From an uncultured archaeon (GTDB lineage Archaea > Iainarchaeota > Iainarchaeia > Iainarchaeales > CSSED10-239): DNA of 15,776 bases. This document shows, piece after piece, positions 1-8,676 of this stretch. How positions within the stretch are numbered: position 1 is the first letter of the stretch; every line of letters starts with the position of its first letter. The notes beneath the pieces are model-generated. The model did no database searches. It was not told the origin of the DNA and was given only the letters and a program-made list of their open reading frames with translations. Where the stretch lies: positions 1 to 15,776 of the forward strand of contig CAYXWT010000013.1 in the NCBI GenBank assembly GCA_964468895.1. The letters are read 5' to 3'. The position numbers were made by a program, and so were the translations under genes.

Positions 1-40
1 AACCATCTTCATCTTTTTCAATAATAACTCTAAATTTCAT
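1..40 (-). CDS. Partial CDS (5' end only, continues past the left edge): HicB/UPF0150-like antitoxin N-terminus
   Basis: The minus-strand ATG at 40..38 opens MKFRVIIEKDEDG and reads off the window edge. The V-I-I-E-K-D-E-D-G opening is characteristic of HicB/UPF0150 antitoxins. Only 13 codons are visible. Confidence 0.35.
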   Translation of the reverse strand, partial: MKFRVIIEKDEDG

Positions 41-103
41 AGTATCACAAATATAATAGATATGGAATAAATTAAAAACTTTTGGTTTATAATAAATTTA
101 ACT

Positions 104-682
104 TCAAAAAGAAATATCATCTATTCCTTTAGATTCTTGAGTCTTTGGGATTGGTCTTGGACTTCTTTTCTTAAAACCACTACTTCTAATTTTTACTAAT
201 TTAAAAGCTGTGGTGTGTTTTTGACCTTTTAATAAAACTTCAATTATTTCTCTAATACTAGTAATATCATCAGTTTTAGAGATTATAGAAACAGTATTTC
301 CAAAAACTGAAATACAACAATCAAATTTATTTTCTAAATAAATTTTAAATTTACCTTCAGTACCAATAACTCTACCTTTAATTTGATTTATTCTTTTTTC
401 ATTTTTACCTACAAAGTCTTTAATATGAACAATATCTAAAGAAAAATCATCGTTTAGTAATTTAAAAGCATGCTCTGGAGAAAAACCTCTTGCAATAGCA
501 TTAATTATTTTTTTGGAAGTATAAATATTATAATAATTATTAGAAGTTAGAATAATTTCTGCAGTACTACTATCAATATCTAAAGAAACTCCACACTTCT
601 TTTCAATATCGATTCTAGTGCTTCCATTATTACCAATCACTACTGGTAATCTTCTTTTATTAATTCTTAAAATTTCATCCAT
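104..682 (-). CDS. KH-domain RNA-binding protein (archaeal Dim2/Pno1-like)
   Basis: ATG start. There are two KH GxxG loops (VIGNNGSTRIDIEKKCGV and VIGTEGKFKIYLEN). The start overlaps the upstream RIO kinase stop by 8 nt, as in the conserved archaeal aIF1A-Rio-KH arrangement. Confidence 0.85.
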   Translation of the reverse strand: MDEILRINKRRLPVVIGNNGSTRIDIEKKCGVSLDIDSSTAEIILTSNNYYNIYTSKKIINAIARGFSPEHAFKLLNDDFSLDIVHIKDFVGKNEKRINQIKGRVIGTEGKFKIYLENKFDCCISVFGNTVSIISKTDDITSIREIIEVLLKGQKHTTAFKLVKIRSSGFKKRSPRPIPKTQESKGIDDISF

Positions 683-1397
683 ATAATTCAGCTTTTTTAG
701 TTTTTAAATCTGCTAGAAATTGGTCATAAGTTAAATTTGCTTTTTTGTTTTTTTTGTTTATAAAATCAACAATATTAATAATATCTCTTTTTAAAAATGC
801 TTGTGCTTGTGGGTGGTTAATAAGAACAGATTGACCAACATCTATAATATAAATTTTTTGAGTCTTAGGATCTATTAAAATATTATAAGCACTAAAGTCA
901 GCATGAACTAAATTTGCTCTATATAGCATTTTAGCATAATTTTCTATAATTTGAGGATACACAATATCTAAATCAAATTTAAAATTTACTAGTCTAGGAT
1001 GTGCAATACCATCTTCACCAATAAAAGACATTATAAGTATATTTTTTTCAATAGCAATAGGTAATGGTGCTGAAACTTTATTTTGTAAAAGTAAATTTAA
1101 ATTTCTGTATTCTTTAGAAGCCCATATCATAAAAATATCTCTTCTATCTTTTTTTATGTTTTTAAATCTAGGATCTCCAATAATATATTTATTAAGATGC
1201 TTAAAATTAGAAGTTTCAATTTTATAGATCTTTGCAACAATATTACTTTCAAAATTATGTGCTAAAAAAGTGATAGCTTCTTTACCACTAGCTATAGGAC
1301 TATCTATTGATTCTATAACTTTATTATTAGCAAGCTTAAATAAAGATTTGTGTACAGAATTATCAAAAACATAATTCTCAATTTTATCAACATCCAT
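675..1397 (-). CDS. rio1: RIO-type serine/threonine protein kinase (Rio1-like; no N-terminal wHTH)
   Basis: RIO signatures are present: SGKEAITF (P-loop-like), LVHADFSAYNILI (catalytic loop) and IIDVGQSV (metal-binding loop). The track start at 1406 is a TTG codon. The first ATG is at 1397 (MDVDKIENY...) and is used here. Confidence 0.88.
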   Translation of the reverse strand: MDVDKIENYVFDNSVHKSLFKLANNKVIESIDSPIASGKEAITFLAHNFESNIVAKIYKIETSNFKHLNKYIIGDPRFKNIKKDRRDIFMIWASKEYRNLNLLLQNKVSAPLPIAIEKNILIMSFIGEDGIAHPRLVNFKFDLDIVYPQIIENYAKMLYRANLVHADFSAYNILIDPKTQKIYIIDVGQSVLINHPQAQAFLKRDIINIVDFINKKNKKANLTYDQFLADLKTKKAELYG

Positions 1398-1474
1398 AAA
1401 ATTCAACTCTACAACATATTTTTTAAAAATTAGAACTTAATCTATAAATTAAAATAATTATAATAAATAATTAT

Positions 1475-1879
1475 TTATCTACGATGATTATTATAATGAT
1501 TATAACTATTATAAGTACTATTTTGATTAGCATTAACATCGTCAAAAGTATATTCATATAATTTATTTAATTCACCAGCTCTTTCAAGTTTAGATTTTTG
1601 AAAACCTAAAAATCTCCACACAACATCTGCTTTAGAAGGTTGAAAATCCCAAAGTTTAATTATTACAATGTCATTAGGTTTTATCCAAATATGTTTAAAC
1701 ATTTTTCCAGGAATTCTACAGTTTCTTTCAACACCATCTGAACACATTATTTTAACATTATTAACACCCATTAATTGAATTACTTTTCCGTACATTTCAA
1801 GGATATCTTTATTTGGAGATCTTAACTTTCTATTTTGAAAAGTTGTACTACTATTATTAAATTTTGCCAAAAATTCCAC
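1475..1879 (-). CDS. eif1a: Translation initiation factor aIF-1A (S1/OB fold)
   Basis: GKVIQLMGVNNVKIMCSDGVERNCRIPGKMFKHIWIKPNDIVIIKLWDFQPSKADVVWRF matches the eIF1A core. The track start at 1879 is GTG. A TTG at 1870 preceded by AGGTGGA is an alternative, so the exact start is uncertain. Confidence 0.88.
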   Translation of the reverse strand: MEFLAKFNNSSTTFQNRKLRSPNKDILEMYGKVIQLMGVNNVKIMCSDGVERNCRIPGKMFKHIWIKPNDIVIIKLWDFQPSKADVVWRFLGFQKSKLERAGELNKLYEYTFDDVNANQNSTYNSYNHYNNHRR

Positions 1880-1892
1880 CTACTTTTTTTTA

Positions 1893-2186
1893 TTATAATA
1901 AATTATATATTTGAACATGTGCAATATCTTCAATATAAATAATTTGCTCAGATATAATCATATTTTCTTCAATTAATAGTTTACAAATTTTATTTCCAAA
2001 AATATTAACTTGATTACAAGATTTAATACAATCTAATAATTCCTTTTTAGATATTAATTTAGTACCATAAAAATTAGAAGAAATATTTATTTCTACATCA
2101 TTAAATTTTAAAGTTTTATTAATTAATTCTTTATCACAACAAGCAAATAATTCACCTGAATTTAAAGAATGTATTTTTCCAATCAT
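1893..2186 (-). CDS. DUF424-family protein (small conserved archaeal protein)
   Basis: The 97-aa product shows the recalled DUF424 pattern: ACCDKELINK, FYG, NIFGN and C-terminal IAHVQIY. It sits between aIF2-beta and aIF1A. The assignment is from memory of the family. Confidence 0.6.
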   Translation of the reverse strand: MIGKIHSLNSGELFACCDKELINKTLKFNDVEINISSNFYGTKLISKKELLDCIKSCNQVNIFGNKICKLLIEENMIISEQIIYIEDIAHVQIYNLL

Positions 2187-2203
2187 ATATTAAATTTATT
2201 TAA

Positions 2204-2638
2204 TTACAGTTTTGGTAATGGTTGAATTGCACCACAAGCGGTACATTTTAATACTTTAACACCATTATGAGTTACAATTTCTGTATCTGGTTTGTGACAT
2301 GCAGAACAAAGTACAAAACTTTTAATATACTTAGTTAATATCAAATTGATTTTATGGTTATCAAATAAACCATTTAATATTAAAGCTGGACCTACAATAG
2401 TAGAAGAAGTACTTATTTCTCTCATTACAAATTTATATAATTGTTTATAATTTCTATTTAAATCTTTTGCAACTTTTAAAAAGTTTTTCCAAATAGTTTG
2501 TTTTCCCTGTATATGAGATATTGCAACTGGTAATTCAAATCTACTTTGTGAAAGTACTCTTTCTGGAAGTGACATGTATAATCTATCTAATAGAAAATCA
2601 TAATCTATATTTTCTGATTCAATTTTTTCGTTTGTCAT
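2204..2638 (-). CDS. eif2b: Translation initiation factor aIF-2 beta subunit
   Basis: YDFLLDRLYMSLPE and RFELPVAISHIQGKQTIWKNF are followed by a C-terminal C4 zinc ribbon (CSACHKPDT...LKCTACGA). The track start at 2710 is TTG and adds a hydrophobic 24-aa extension. The ATG at 2638 (MTNEKIE...) gives the expected length of about 144 aa. Confidence 0.88.
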   Translation of the reverse strand: MTNEKIESENIDYDFLLDRLYMSLPERVLSQSRFELPVAISHIQGKQTIWKNFLKVAKDLNRNYKQLYKFVMREISTSSTIVGPALILNGLFDNHKINLILTKYIKSFVLCSACHKPDTEIVTHNGVKVLKCTACGAIQPLPKL

Positions 2639-2839
2639 AATTAACACTAAATTTTTAATTTTTATAAAATATCTTAATATTGCTATATATAGAATATAAT
2701 GCATAAACAATCTTATAAATAAATGGTTTCTAAATATTAGAACTTAAAAGGCATTTATAAAAAGCAAACACATAAATAGTTCTTAAAAGTACAAGTTAAT
2801 ACTACTTACTTAATTAGAAATGACTATTTAAAAATATTT

Positions 2840-3202
2840 ATGAAAACTAAAAATAAATTAATTAAAAAAAGTAAAATAAATATTTCTATGTATATAATTG
2901 TAATTATACTAATTTGTTTAGCAATTTTAATTAAAACATATATAATAGATTTAGATAACACCTCACACAATAAGAAATTAGCTATAGAAAAATGTAAAAA
3001 TTTGTGTATTTTAGAAAATGCAAAACAATCATTACCTATAGAAGGCCCTTGCTTAAATTCAAAAGTTGTTGCAGGATGGGGTTGCGATATTATAAATAGT
3101 CCAAGAATGAGTATTTACGATGATAAAAAAGAAAATCAATGTGAAAATAATAAACATCTTGTTGAATTAACTAAAAATTGTAAATTAATTAAAGCAATAT
3201 AA
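2840..3202 (+). CDS. Hypothetical small membrane-anchored, cysteine-rich protein
   Basis: ATG start. A Lys-rich N-terminus is followed by one hydrophobic helix (MYIIVIILICLAILI). The roughly 85-aa tail has 6 Cys. I recognise no family. It is the only plus-strand gene in the left half, and its 3' end overlaps the convergent protease gene by 14 nt. Confidence 0.5.
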   Translation: MKTKNKLIKKSKINISMYIIVIILICLAILIKTYIIDLDNTSHNKKLAIEKCKNLCILENAKQSLPIEGPCLNSKVVAGWGCDIINSPRMSIYDDKKENQCENNKHLVELTKNCKLIKAI

Positions 3203-4052
3203 AATAACTTAAAACTAAAATTATTAGCATTAAACAAACCTGGGGTGGAAGTGCAGGAAGTGCTTTTACTTTGCCTGTATTTAATATATAAAAAGTCCAA
3301 ATTAAACCAATTATTGAAGCAAACCAAATTAATATAATTGGTATTAAAGATGTAAACAAACTATATTTTACTATCAAAATATTAAATAAACTTGAACTTA
3401 CTAATAATGGTATTGCAATATCTCCTCCACCTAATCTAAATAATCTTTTTTTAGTAGGTATTTCAAAAATAAAACTAACTTTTTTTTCTATAAATAGATT
3501 TGCTAAACTAAGCATATGCTTAGTATAAAATACAGCTATTAAATCATAAATTGCAAGAATAGTTATTAAAACCATTACTGGTATGATTCCTAAACTTAAA
3601 CCAAGTATTGCTCCAGCACCAGCTAGAGATAATGCTAAAATAAAATTATTATACCATCTACTTATATTAGAATATTTTGACAAAATTGCTTTTATAATTA
3701 AAAGATATATTGCTAAACAATAAGCACCAAATTCTGGGAGTATTATAAAAAAAACAACTGATAAAGAAGAAAAAAACACTATTACTTCTAAAATTTCTAA
3801 AAGTTTTGTTCTTTTAAATATTTTTTTAAAAACTAGTAAAAATATTGTGAAACAAATCATATATCCAACAATAAAAACAACATTAATTAAATCATTTGGA
3901 TTATCAGATATTATGCCTGAAACCAAATTATTTTGAATATAATAATTCGCAACAAATAAGCCTATAATTTGTACAAATACAAATATTAATGAAAAATAAA
4001 TTATAAACTTTTTATTTAAAAAAGAATTTTTGTTTTTAGGTAAATCACTCAT
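3189..4052 (-). CDS. Presenilin/signal-peptide-peptidase-like intramembrane aspartyl protease (peptidase family A22, archaeal PSH type)
   Basis: This is a polytopic membrane protein with the three diagnostic motifs in order: YD (AIYDLIAVF), GxGD (LGGGDIAIPLL) and PAL (KALPALPP). The track start at 4058 is TTG. The ATG at 4052 (MSDLPKN...) is used, 14 nt after the MCM stop. Confidence 0.85.
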   Translation of the reverse strand: MSDLPKNKNSFLNKKFIIYFSLIFVFVQIIGLFVANYYIQNNLVSGIISDNPNDLINVVFIVGYMICFTIFLLVFKKIFKRTKLLEILEVIVFFSSLSVVFFIILPEFGAYCLAIYLLIIKAILSKYSNISRWYNNFILALSLAGAGAILGLSLGIIPVMVLITILAIYDLIAVFYTKHMLSLANLFIEKKVSFIFEIPTKKRLFRLGGGDIAIPLLVSSSLFNILIVKYSLFTSLIPIILIWFASIIGLIWTFYILNTGKVKALPALPPQVCLMLIILVLSYFILL

Positions 4053-4066
4053 AAACAATTCACTTA

Positions 4067-6202
4067 TTAAGATCTACTTTCAGAAGATATAGTTTTATAA
4101 GTTCCATTTTTAGGTTCATAAATTTCACCCATCTTCTTTAATTTTCTTATACTTTCTTGTAATCTATCTTGATTTAAATTTTGAGATTCCATATATTCTG
4201 AAATTTCATTATAACCTATAGATCCACCATCAACAGTTAATTCTTTAATAATATTTAAGATTTTTTTAATTAAAGATCGTTCACTTGTACTCTGACCAGT
4301 ACTAATAATATCAATATCAATTTTACCTGTTTCAAGATCCATAGCAGTTTGTTCTAAAGATGTTTTAAATATTCTTATTGCTCTTTGAGCATCATCAAGA
4401 TCTATTTCATTTTTAAGTTTAATTTTAGCACTAGCTTCAGATAATCTAATAAGTCCTTCAAGTTGTCTAGGAGTTGCTGAAAAAGAATCTGATTTTCTAC
4501 CAATATCTCTTAACTCAACATAATAATCTAATAATTTTTTTGCAGTTTCTTTTGTCATTATTGGTTTTATATTTTGTCTAGCATATGCAACATATTTTTT
4601 AAATAAATCTTGATCTATTTCTGGAAGAATTTTATTTTCTATATCTTTAAGTTCTTGAGAAGAAATACTTTTTTGAAACTCATTTTGAGCAAGTTGTTGA
4701 GCAGATCTATGAGTTTTCATAATATGAGTACCTATTTCTAAATCCATATTTCTATCTAATGAATCTTTAATTATAAAATATAAATCAAATCTAGAAAGTA
4801 AAGAAAAAGGAAGATCTATTTGTTCAATAGCAGGTTTATATTTATCAAATCTATTAAATTTAGGATTTGCAGCTGCTAGTATAGAAGTATCAGCTTTAAA
4901 TTTAGAATAAAGTCCAGCTTTAGAAACAGAAACTGTACCTTGAGCCATTGCTTCATGAAGTGAACTTCTATCATCCACACTCATTTTATCAAATTCATCA
5001 ATAATAGCAATTCCACCACTTGCTAATATTACAGCTCCAGCTTTAAGAGTCCAACCTCCTTCTCCAAAATCATCTTTAACAGCACTAACTGTTAAACCAG
5101 CTCCAGAAGTTGTTTTTCCTGCTACATATATACTTTTAGGAGCTAAATGATCAACATATTCAATAATTTTAGATTTACCAGTTGAAGGATCACCACAAAG
5201 AAGAATGTGTATATTACCTCTTAAACTTTGAGTACCTACACTTTTTTTAACACCACCAAACATTTGTAAAACAACAGCTTCTTTTACAATTTCATGGCCA
5301 TAAATATTAGGTGCAATTGATTTAGCTAATAATTCATAAATTGCACCTTTTTTAGAAAGACTTTTAATTTGTTTTTCTTCTTCAGGAGCAATAAATAATT
5401 CTTCAAATTCATATTCTGTTTTTTCTATATGATTTGCAATTATATGTTTATTATAAATATTAGAATCTCCTTTAGGAGGTTTTAGTTTTAAAACACCAGT
5501 AATAACAATTTTATCTCCTGCTGAACATTTATTAACTAAATCTTCAGAAAGATAAACATCTAAATTAGCAGCTTGTTCACTACCTTTTAAATTTTCAAGA
5601 GGTTCTTGAATTTGTACTTTTTGATAATCTACAAATTTACTTTGTTCTAGATCTATATCAAATTCTCTACTTCTACAGTCACACATTACAGGTTTAGTTA
5701 TTTGTTGACTTTTTTGAATAACATCATATGATTTTGAACATTTTCTACAAATAAAATGTGCTGAAGTCATTTTTTCTAATCTTTCAGTAATTAATCTTAT
5801 AACACCTTCAATAGAAACTAATTTATTTAAATTTTCACTACCAACATCTCTAATAGAAATTTTACTTTCATCAGGTAAATTAAAAAATCTAATTTTAGGT
5901 TCAAATAATACTTCAGATTCTAATAAACCAACATCAATTTTTTTAATTGCAGAATTAGCAGCCTCTAGAATTAAATATGGATTTTCTAATAATCTTTCAG
6001 AAATATTTAAATCAAAAGCTTCTAATTTTTTGTAATCTATATTTAAAGATTTATTTTCAGGATAATTAGATGCAAGATGTTCAATTTCTCTTTTGTAAAC
6101 AGTTTCTAAGAAATCTTGCAAAATTTCAAGATATTCATCAATAACTATATCATCTTGTTTTGAAAAATCATTAAATTCAGAGTCTAAATCAATATCAACC
6201 AT
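4067..6202 (-). CDS. mcm: MCM replicative helicase
   Basis: The product is 711 aa. It has an N-terminal Zn finger (CRKCSKS...CDCRS), Walker A (GDPSTGKSK), Walker B (IAIIDEFDKM), sensor-1 (AAANP) and an arginine finger (SRFDL). A C-terminal wH-like tail is present and there is no intein. Confidence 0.97.
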   Translation of the reverse strand: MVDIDLDSEFNDFSKQDDIVIDEYLEILQDFLETVYKREIEHLASNYPENKSLNIDYKKLEAFDLNISERLLENPYLILEAANSAIKKIDVGLLESEVLFEPKIRFFNLPDESKISIRDVGSENLNKLVSIEGVIRLITERLEKMTSAHFICRKCSKSYDVIQKSQQITKPVMCDCRSREFDIDLEQSKFVDYQKVQIQEPLENLKGSEQAANLDVYLSEDLVNKCSAGDKIVITGVLKLKPPKGDSNIYNKHIIANHIEKTEYEFEELFIAPEEEKQIKSLSKKGAIYELLAKSIAPNIYGHEIVKEAVVLQMFGGVKKSVGTQSLRGNIHILLCGDPSTGKSKIIEYVDHLAPKSIYVAGKTTSGAGLTVSAVKDDFGEGGWTLKAGAVILASGGIAIIDEFDKMSVDDRSSLHEAMAQGTVSVSKAGLYSKFKADTSILAAANPKFNRFDKYKPAIEQIDLPFSLLSRFDLYFIIKDSLDRNMDLEIGTHIMKTHRSAQQLAQNEFQKSISSQELKDIENKILPEIDQDLFKKYVAYARQNIKPIMTKETAKKLLDYYVELRDIGRKSDSFSATPRQLEGLIRLSEASAKIKLKNEIDLDDAQRAIRIFKTSLEQTAMDLETGKIDIDIISTGQSTSERSLIKKILNIIKELTVDGGSIGYNEISEYMESQNLNQDRLQESIRKLKKMGEIYEPKNGTYKTISSESRS

Positions 6203-6436
6203 TTATTATCACAAATAATTAAAATACTAAATACATATAACTATATTTATTATATAATATATAAATTTGTATTTGTACTTATTAAATTGGTTGTAATCTA
6301 AACCTAATCCAAAAGAATAAGATATTTTACTAAATCTATTATTTTGTATTAAATATATATTATTTAACAAAATATAATATAATAAGGTTTAGTTTGATAA
6401 TAGAAAAAAAAATAGAGAAAAAGTAAGGTAAAATAA

Positions 6437-7768
6437 CTATTCTAAATTTATAGAACTTACTAAAAACTCTAATTTAGAAGAAAAGTCGTTATGTTTAGCT
6501 CTTCCACAAACAATTACTTTCTTACTTAATAATTCATCATCAAGATAAGAAAATATTTCTATTTTTTGATCTTCATCTAATTCTTTTTTCAAATCTTCTT
6601 TTTTTAATTTAAAAAAAGATTCAACTATATTGGAAAACATTACACATTTAATAATACCAGTACCATCATCAATATTAATACTTCCAAACATATTTACAAC
6701 TGGATCTACTTGTTCATTACAAGCTTCACAAATAAATTCATCATTAATTAAATATACTCTTTCTTTACATTTAGGACATTTAAAATATCTTAAATTATTT
6801 CTATTAATATCTACTATTATTCCTTTTATTTTATAGCTTTTTCCATCTTCTAAGTTTTGAATTTTATCTTCATTATAGTCACTACTTTTAAGTTCTGATA
6901 ATGGAGGTATTTCTAAATCAGTTTTAGGATTTTTAGTAACTGTAGAAAACCAACTTGTATGTAGTTCTAAATCATAAAGTCCTTCTTTTAGATTTACATC
7001 ATCTAATTTTATTATATCTCCTAAATTATAATTTTCTTCAATAATTTCTGCCCAAGGAGACCAAGCAGTACATCTAATTTCTTTAACACCATCACTAATA
7101 TTAAAATTAATAACTTTTCTTGCTTTTTTAGTTTTAGAATCTTCAAATACTTTTGGAGGATATAAATTAATTATTCTTCCAATAGTAGTTATTGGCTTTT
7201 CTTGAGCATCATCTATTTTTGAAATATTAATAAAATTCTCATCTAATTTTTTAATTTCAGGAGCATTACTTGGATCTTTCATTAATTGTCCACCATGTCT
7301 TAGAGATAAATCTAATCTTTCATTATATTCATTAATAAAAGCATCTTTAATGAAAACTAAATCATTTTTTTGAAGATTTATTTCAGTTACAACTTCTGAA
7401 CTTTCTTGCCAAAGATTTAATTTTATCATTCCAGTATTATCTTGTAAATAAACTACTTGTAATTTACCTGTACTTCCATCTTTACTTTTATAACTTTTTA
7501 AAGGAGGTATATTTTTAACTCTTGCATAAATAGAAACTGAATTTAATGATGAATTTAATTCAGATATTTTTAATACTTCACTTGCTTTTTTTTTAAGTTC
7601 TAAATCAACCTTTAATTCTTTTGCAAGCATAATATTAGCACCAACATCACTTAACAAACCTTGATATTTTGCTTGTATGTTTTTAAGTTCTTCTTTTAAT
7701 TCAGTATCATCTTTATTGGTTTGTGCTTTAATAATATTATATATTTCTTCAGCATTATTTAGATTCAT
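6437..7768 (-). CDS. rpa: Replication protein A-like ssDNA-binding protein (multiple OB folds plus zinc ribbon)
   Basis: The N-terminal LLSDVGANIMLAKELKVDL segment is typical of archaeal RPA. Repeated OB-like blocks follow (e.g. KLQVVYLQDNTGMIKLNLW, INFNISDGVKEIRCTAW). A CxxC...CxxC ribbon is embedded in the last OB fold (CPKCKERVYLINDEFICEAC). GAGGT lies upstream of the ATG. Confidence 0.8.
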   Translation of the reverse strand: MNLNNAEEIYNIIKAQTNKDDTELKEELKNIQAKYQGLLSDVGANIMLAKELKVDLELKKKASEVLKISELNSSLNSVSIYARVKNIPPLKSYKSKDGSTGKLQVVYLQDNTGMIKLNLWQESSEVVTEINLQKNDLVFIKDAFINEYNERLDLSLRHGGQLMKDPSNAPEIKKLDENFINISKIDDAQEKPITTIGRIINLYPPKVFEDSKTKKARKVINFNISDGVKEIRCTAWSPWAEIIEENYNLGDIIKLDDVNLKEGLYDLELHTSWFSTVTKNPKTDLEIPPLSELKSSDYNEDKIQNLEDGKSYKIKGIIVDINRNNLRYFKCPKCKERVYLINDEFICEACNEQVDPVVNMFGSINIDDGTGIIKCVMFSNIVESFFKLKKEDLKKELDEDQKIEIFSYLDDELLSKKVIVCGRAKHNDFSSKLEFLVSSINLE

Positions 7769-7958
7769 ATTAATTACCTCTTTATTTGTAAATTACATAT
7801 GTTTTAGAGTTTATAGAAAATAAAATTGTAAATCTTTTATTAACAATATTATTTTACAATTATTTATTACATTTTAAATTTTTATAATAATCTATAATAT
7901 ATTAATCATGATTAAATATTTAATACAATTGTTATATCTTTTAAAAAACAACTTATAT

Positions 7959-8300
7959 TTAATTTAACAAATTTTGTTTTATTTTAAAAGTTAATTTATT
8001 ACAAATATCCTCTTTTTTCTTAAAATTAAGAGACAAATACTTTTTAATAACTGTATTTTTTAAAATTGTAAAGATATAATCTGTTCTTATAACAGAATTT
8101 ATTGGTAAACCATCCTCAACACCTACAAAAACACCAGGTCTATTAAGATTACTTGTTACTGGGCACATTATAAAATGATTCCCAGAACTGTAAACAATTA
8201 AAGCAGGTCTTTTTTTATAATCATTACTATCTAAAAATGGACAATTACATAAAACAATATCTCCAGATTTATAATTTTTCCCAGATATCATCACAATCAT
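7959..8300 (-). CDS. MazF/PemK-family toxin (type II TA endoribonuclease-like)
   Basis: GDIVLCNCPFLDSNDYKKRPALIVYSSGNHFIMCPVTSN followed by LPINSVIRTDYIFTI fits the MazF/PemK pattern (GDI..v.fPf....kkRPalVv....i.cPiTs). Its start (ATG 8300 or 8291) overlaps the upstream small gene by 23-32 nt. Confidence 0.75.
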   Translation of the reverse strand: MIVMISGKNYKSGDIVLCNCPFLDSNDYKKRPALIVYSSGNHFIMCPVTSNLNRPGVFVGVEDGLPINSVIRTDYIFTILKNTVIKKYLSLNFKKKEDICNKLTFKIKQNLLN

Positions 8301-8484
8301 CCCATAAATCTTTAAAACATTTGGTTTGTAGTTTTGAAAATACTTTTAAATTAGAATTATTCTTAGACTTAGCACACAATTTGGAAATAACTTCATAATA
8401 AGGCTGTTTAGAAAAATACTTTAATTTACAAACATCTTTTAGAACTTTTTTTTCTAATCTTATAGTTGTATATTTATTAGTCAT
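8269..8484 (-). CDS. Antitoxin-like small protein: RHH/COG1753-like N-terminus plus acidic Trp-containing C-terminal tail
   Basis: The N-terminus YTTIRLEKKVLKDVCKLK...QPYYEVISKL resembles the archaeal 'TTI+v...L..LK...SY.dvI..LL' putative antitoxin family (COG1753/VapB-like, from memory). The C-terminus DLWDDCDDIWEKL is acidic and aromatic, like toxin-neutralising tails. It is translationally coupled to the MazF-like gene. Confidence 0.6.
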   Translation of the reverse strand: MTNKYTTIRLEKKVLKDVCKLKYFSKQPYYEVISKLCAKSKNNSNLKVFSKLQTKCFKDLWDDCDDIWEKL

Positions 8485-8492
8485 AATTAATC

Positions 8493-8630
8493 TTAATTTT
8501 GTTTTAAATTTTTTAATAAATTTTTAATTAAATCATTATAAGATTGATTTGGATGAATTTTCATTTTATCTAATTTAGTTTTAAGATTAAAAGGTATTTT
8601 TATAGTTGTAAAATTATTTTTTAAAATCAT
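8493..8630 (-). CDS. Second, shorter antitoxin-like/RHH-like DNA-binding protein (paralog of 8269..8484, no C-terminal tail)
   Basis: From the ATG at 8630 the product is MILKNNFTTIKIPFNLKTKLDKMKIHPNQSYNDLIKNLLKNLKQN. It aligns without gaps to the neighbour's N-terminus (TTI, K.K, Q.Y..I..L; 9/35 identical plus conservative matches). Its stop lies 8 nt before the next start. The track start at 8681 is TTG and adds an implausible hydrophobic leader. Confidence 0.55.
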   Translation of the reverse strand: MILKNNFTTIKIPFNLKTKLDKMKIHPNQSYNDLIKNLLKNLKQN

Positions 8631-8644
8631 AAATCTCAAATAAT

Positions 8645-8676
8645 ATAAGTATAGATAAGTATAAAAAGGTATAAGT
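8645..8676. promoter_or_regulatory. Three ATAAGT (minus strand ACTTAT) repeats in the promoter region of the toxin-antitoxin operon; candidate operator
   Basis: ATAAGT occurs at 8645-8650, 8655-8660 and 8671-8676. The first two sit in a tandem 10-mer, ATAAGTATAG/ATAAGTATAA. The repeats lie 15-46 nt upstream of the ATG at 8630. The sequence is AT-rich, so the statistical support is modest. Confidence 0.3.

Noticed and set aside
2639-2710. 24-aa N-terminal extension of aIF2-beta in the ORF track
   Set aside because: It begins at a TTG, is hydrophobic (MFMHYILYIAILRYF...) and is unlike aIF2-beta. A TATA-like ATTTATTTATAA element at about 2712-2724 sits too close to 2710. The ATG at 2638 gives the canonical length.
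1429-2747. Identical 12-mer ATTAGAACTTAA upstream of the RIO kinase gene (1429-1440) and the aIF2-beta gene (2736-2747)
   Set aside because: With this base composition, many exact 12-mer coincidences are expected in about 16 kb on two strands. The flanks show no extended similarity, so this is not treated as a motif.
3136-3327. 63-aa minus-strand ORF
   Set aside because: It lies in a different frame over the 3' end of the presenilin-like gene and the 3' end of the small plus-strand gene. It has no recognisable motifs and is most likely a frame artefact of AT-rich sequence.
6203-6436. Long AT-rich spacer between the MCM and RPA genes as a replication origin
   Set aside because: There are no ORB-like repeats or G-strings, and no adjacent orc1/cdc6 gene. 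Only a weak 7-bp inverted repeat (CTAAACC/GGTTTAG) is present, so this is more simply the MCM promoter region.
6630-6836. 68-aa plus-strand ORF
   Set aside because: It is entirely antisense to the well-supported RPA-like gene, and its product is a low-complexity I/L/S-rich peptide.
7786-7866. TTGTAA/TTACAA-type palindromes upstream of the RPA gene, resembling the half-sites at 12765-12817
   Set aside because: The half-site is short and AT-rich and is expected frequently by chance. The spacing and flanks differ from the copies near 12.8 kb.
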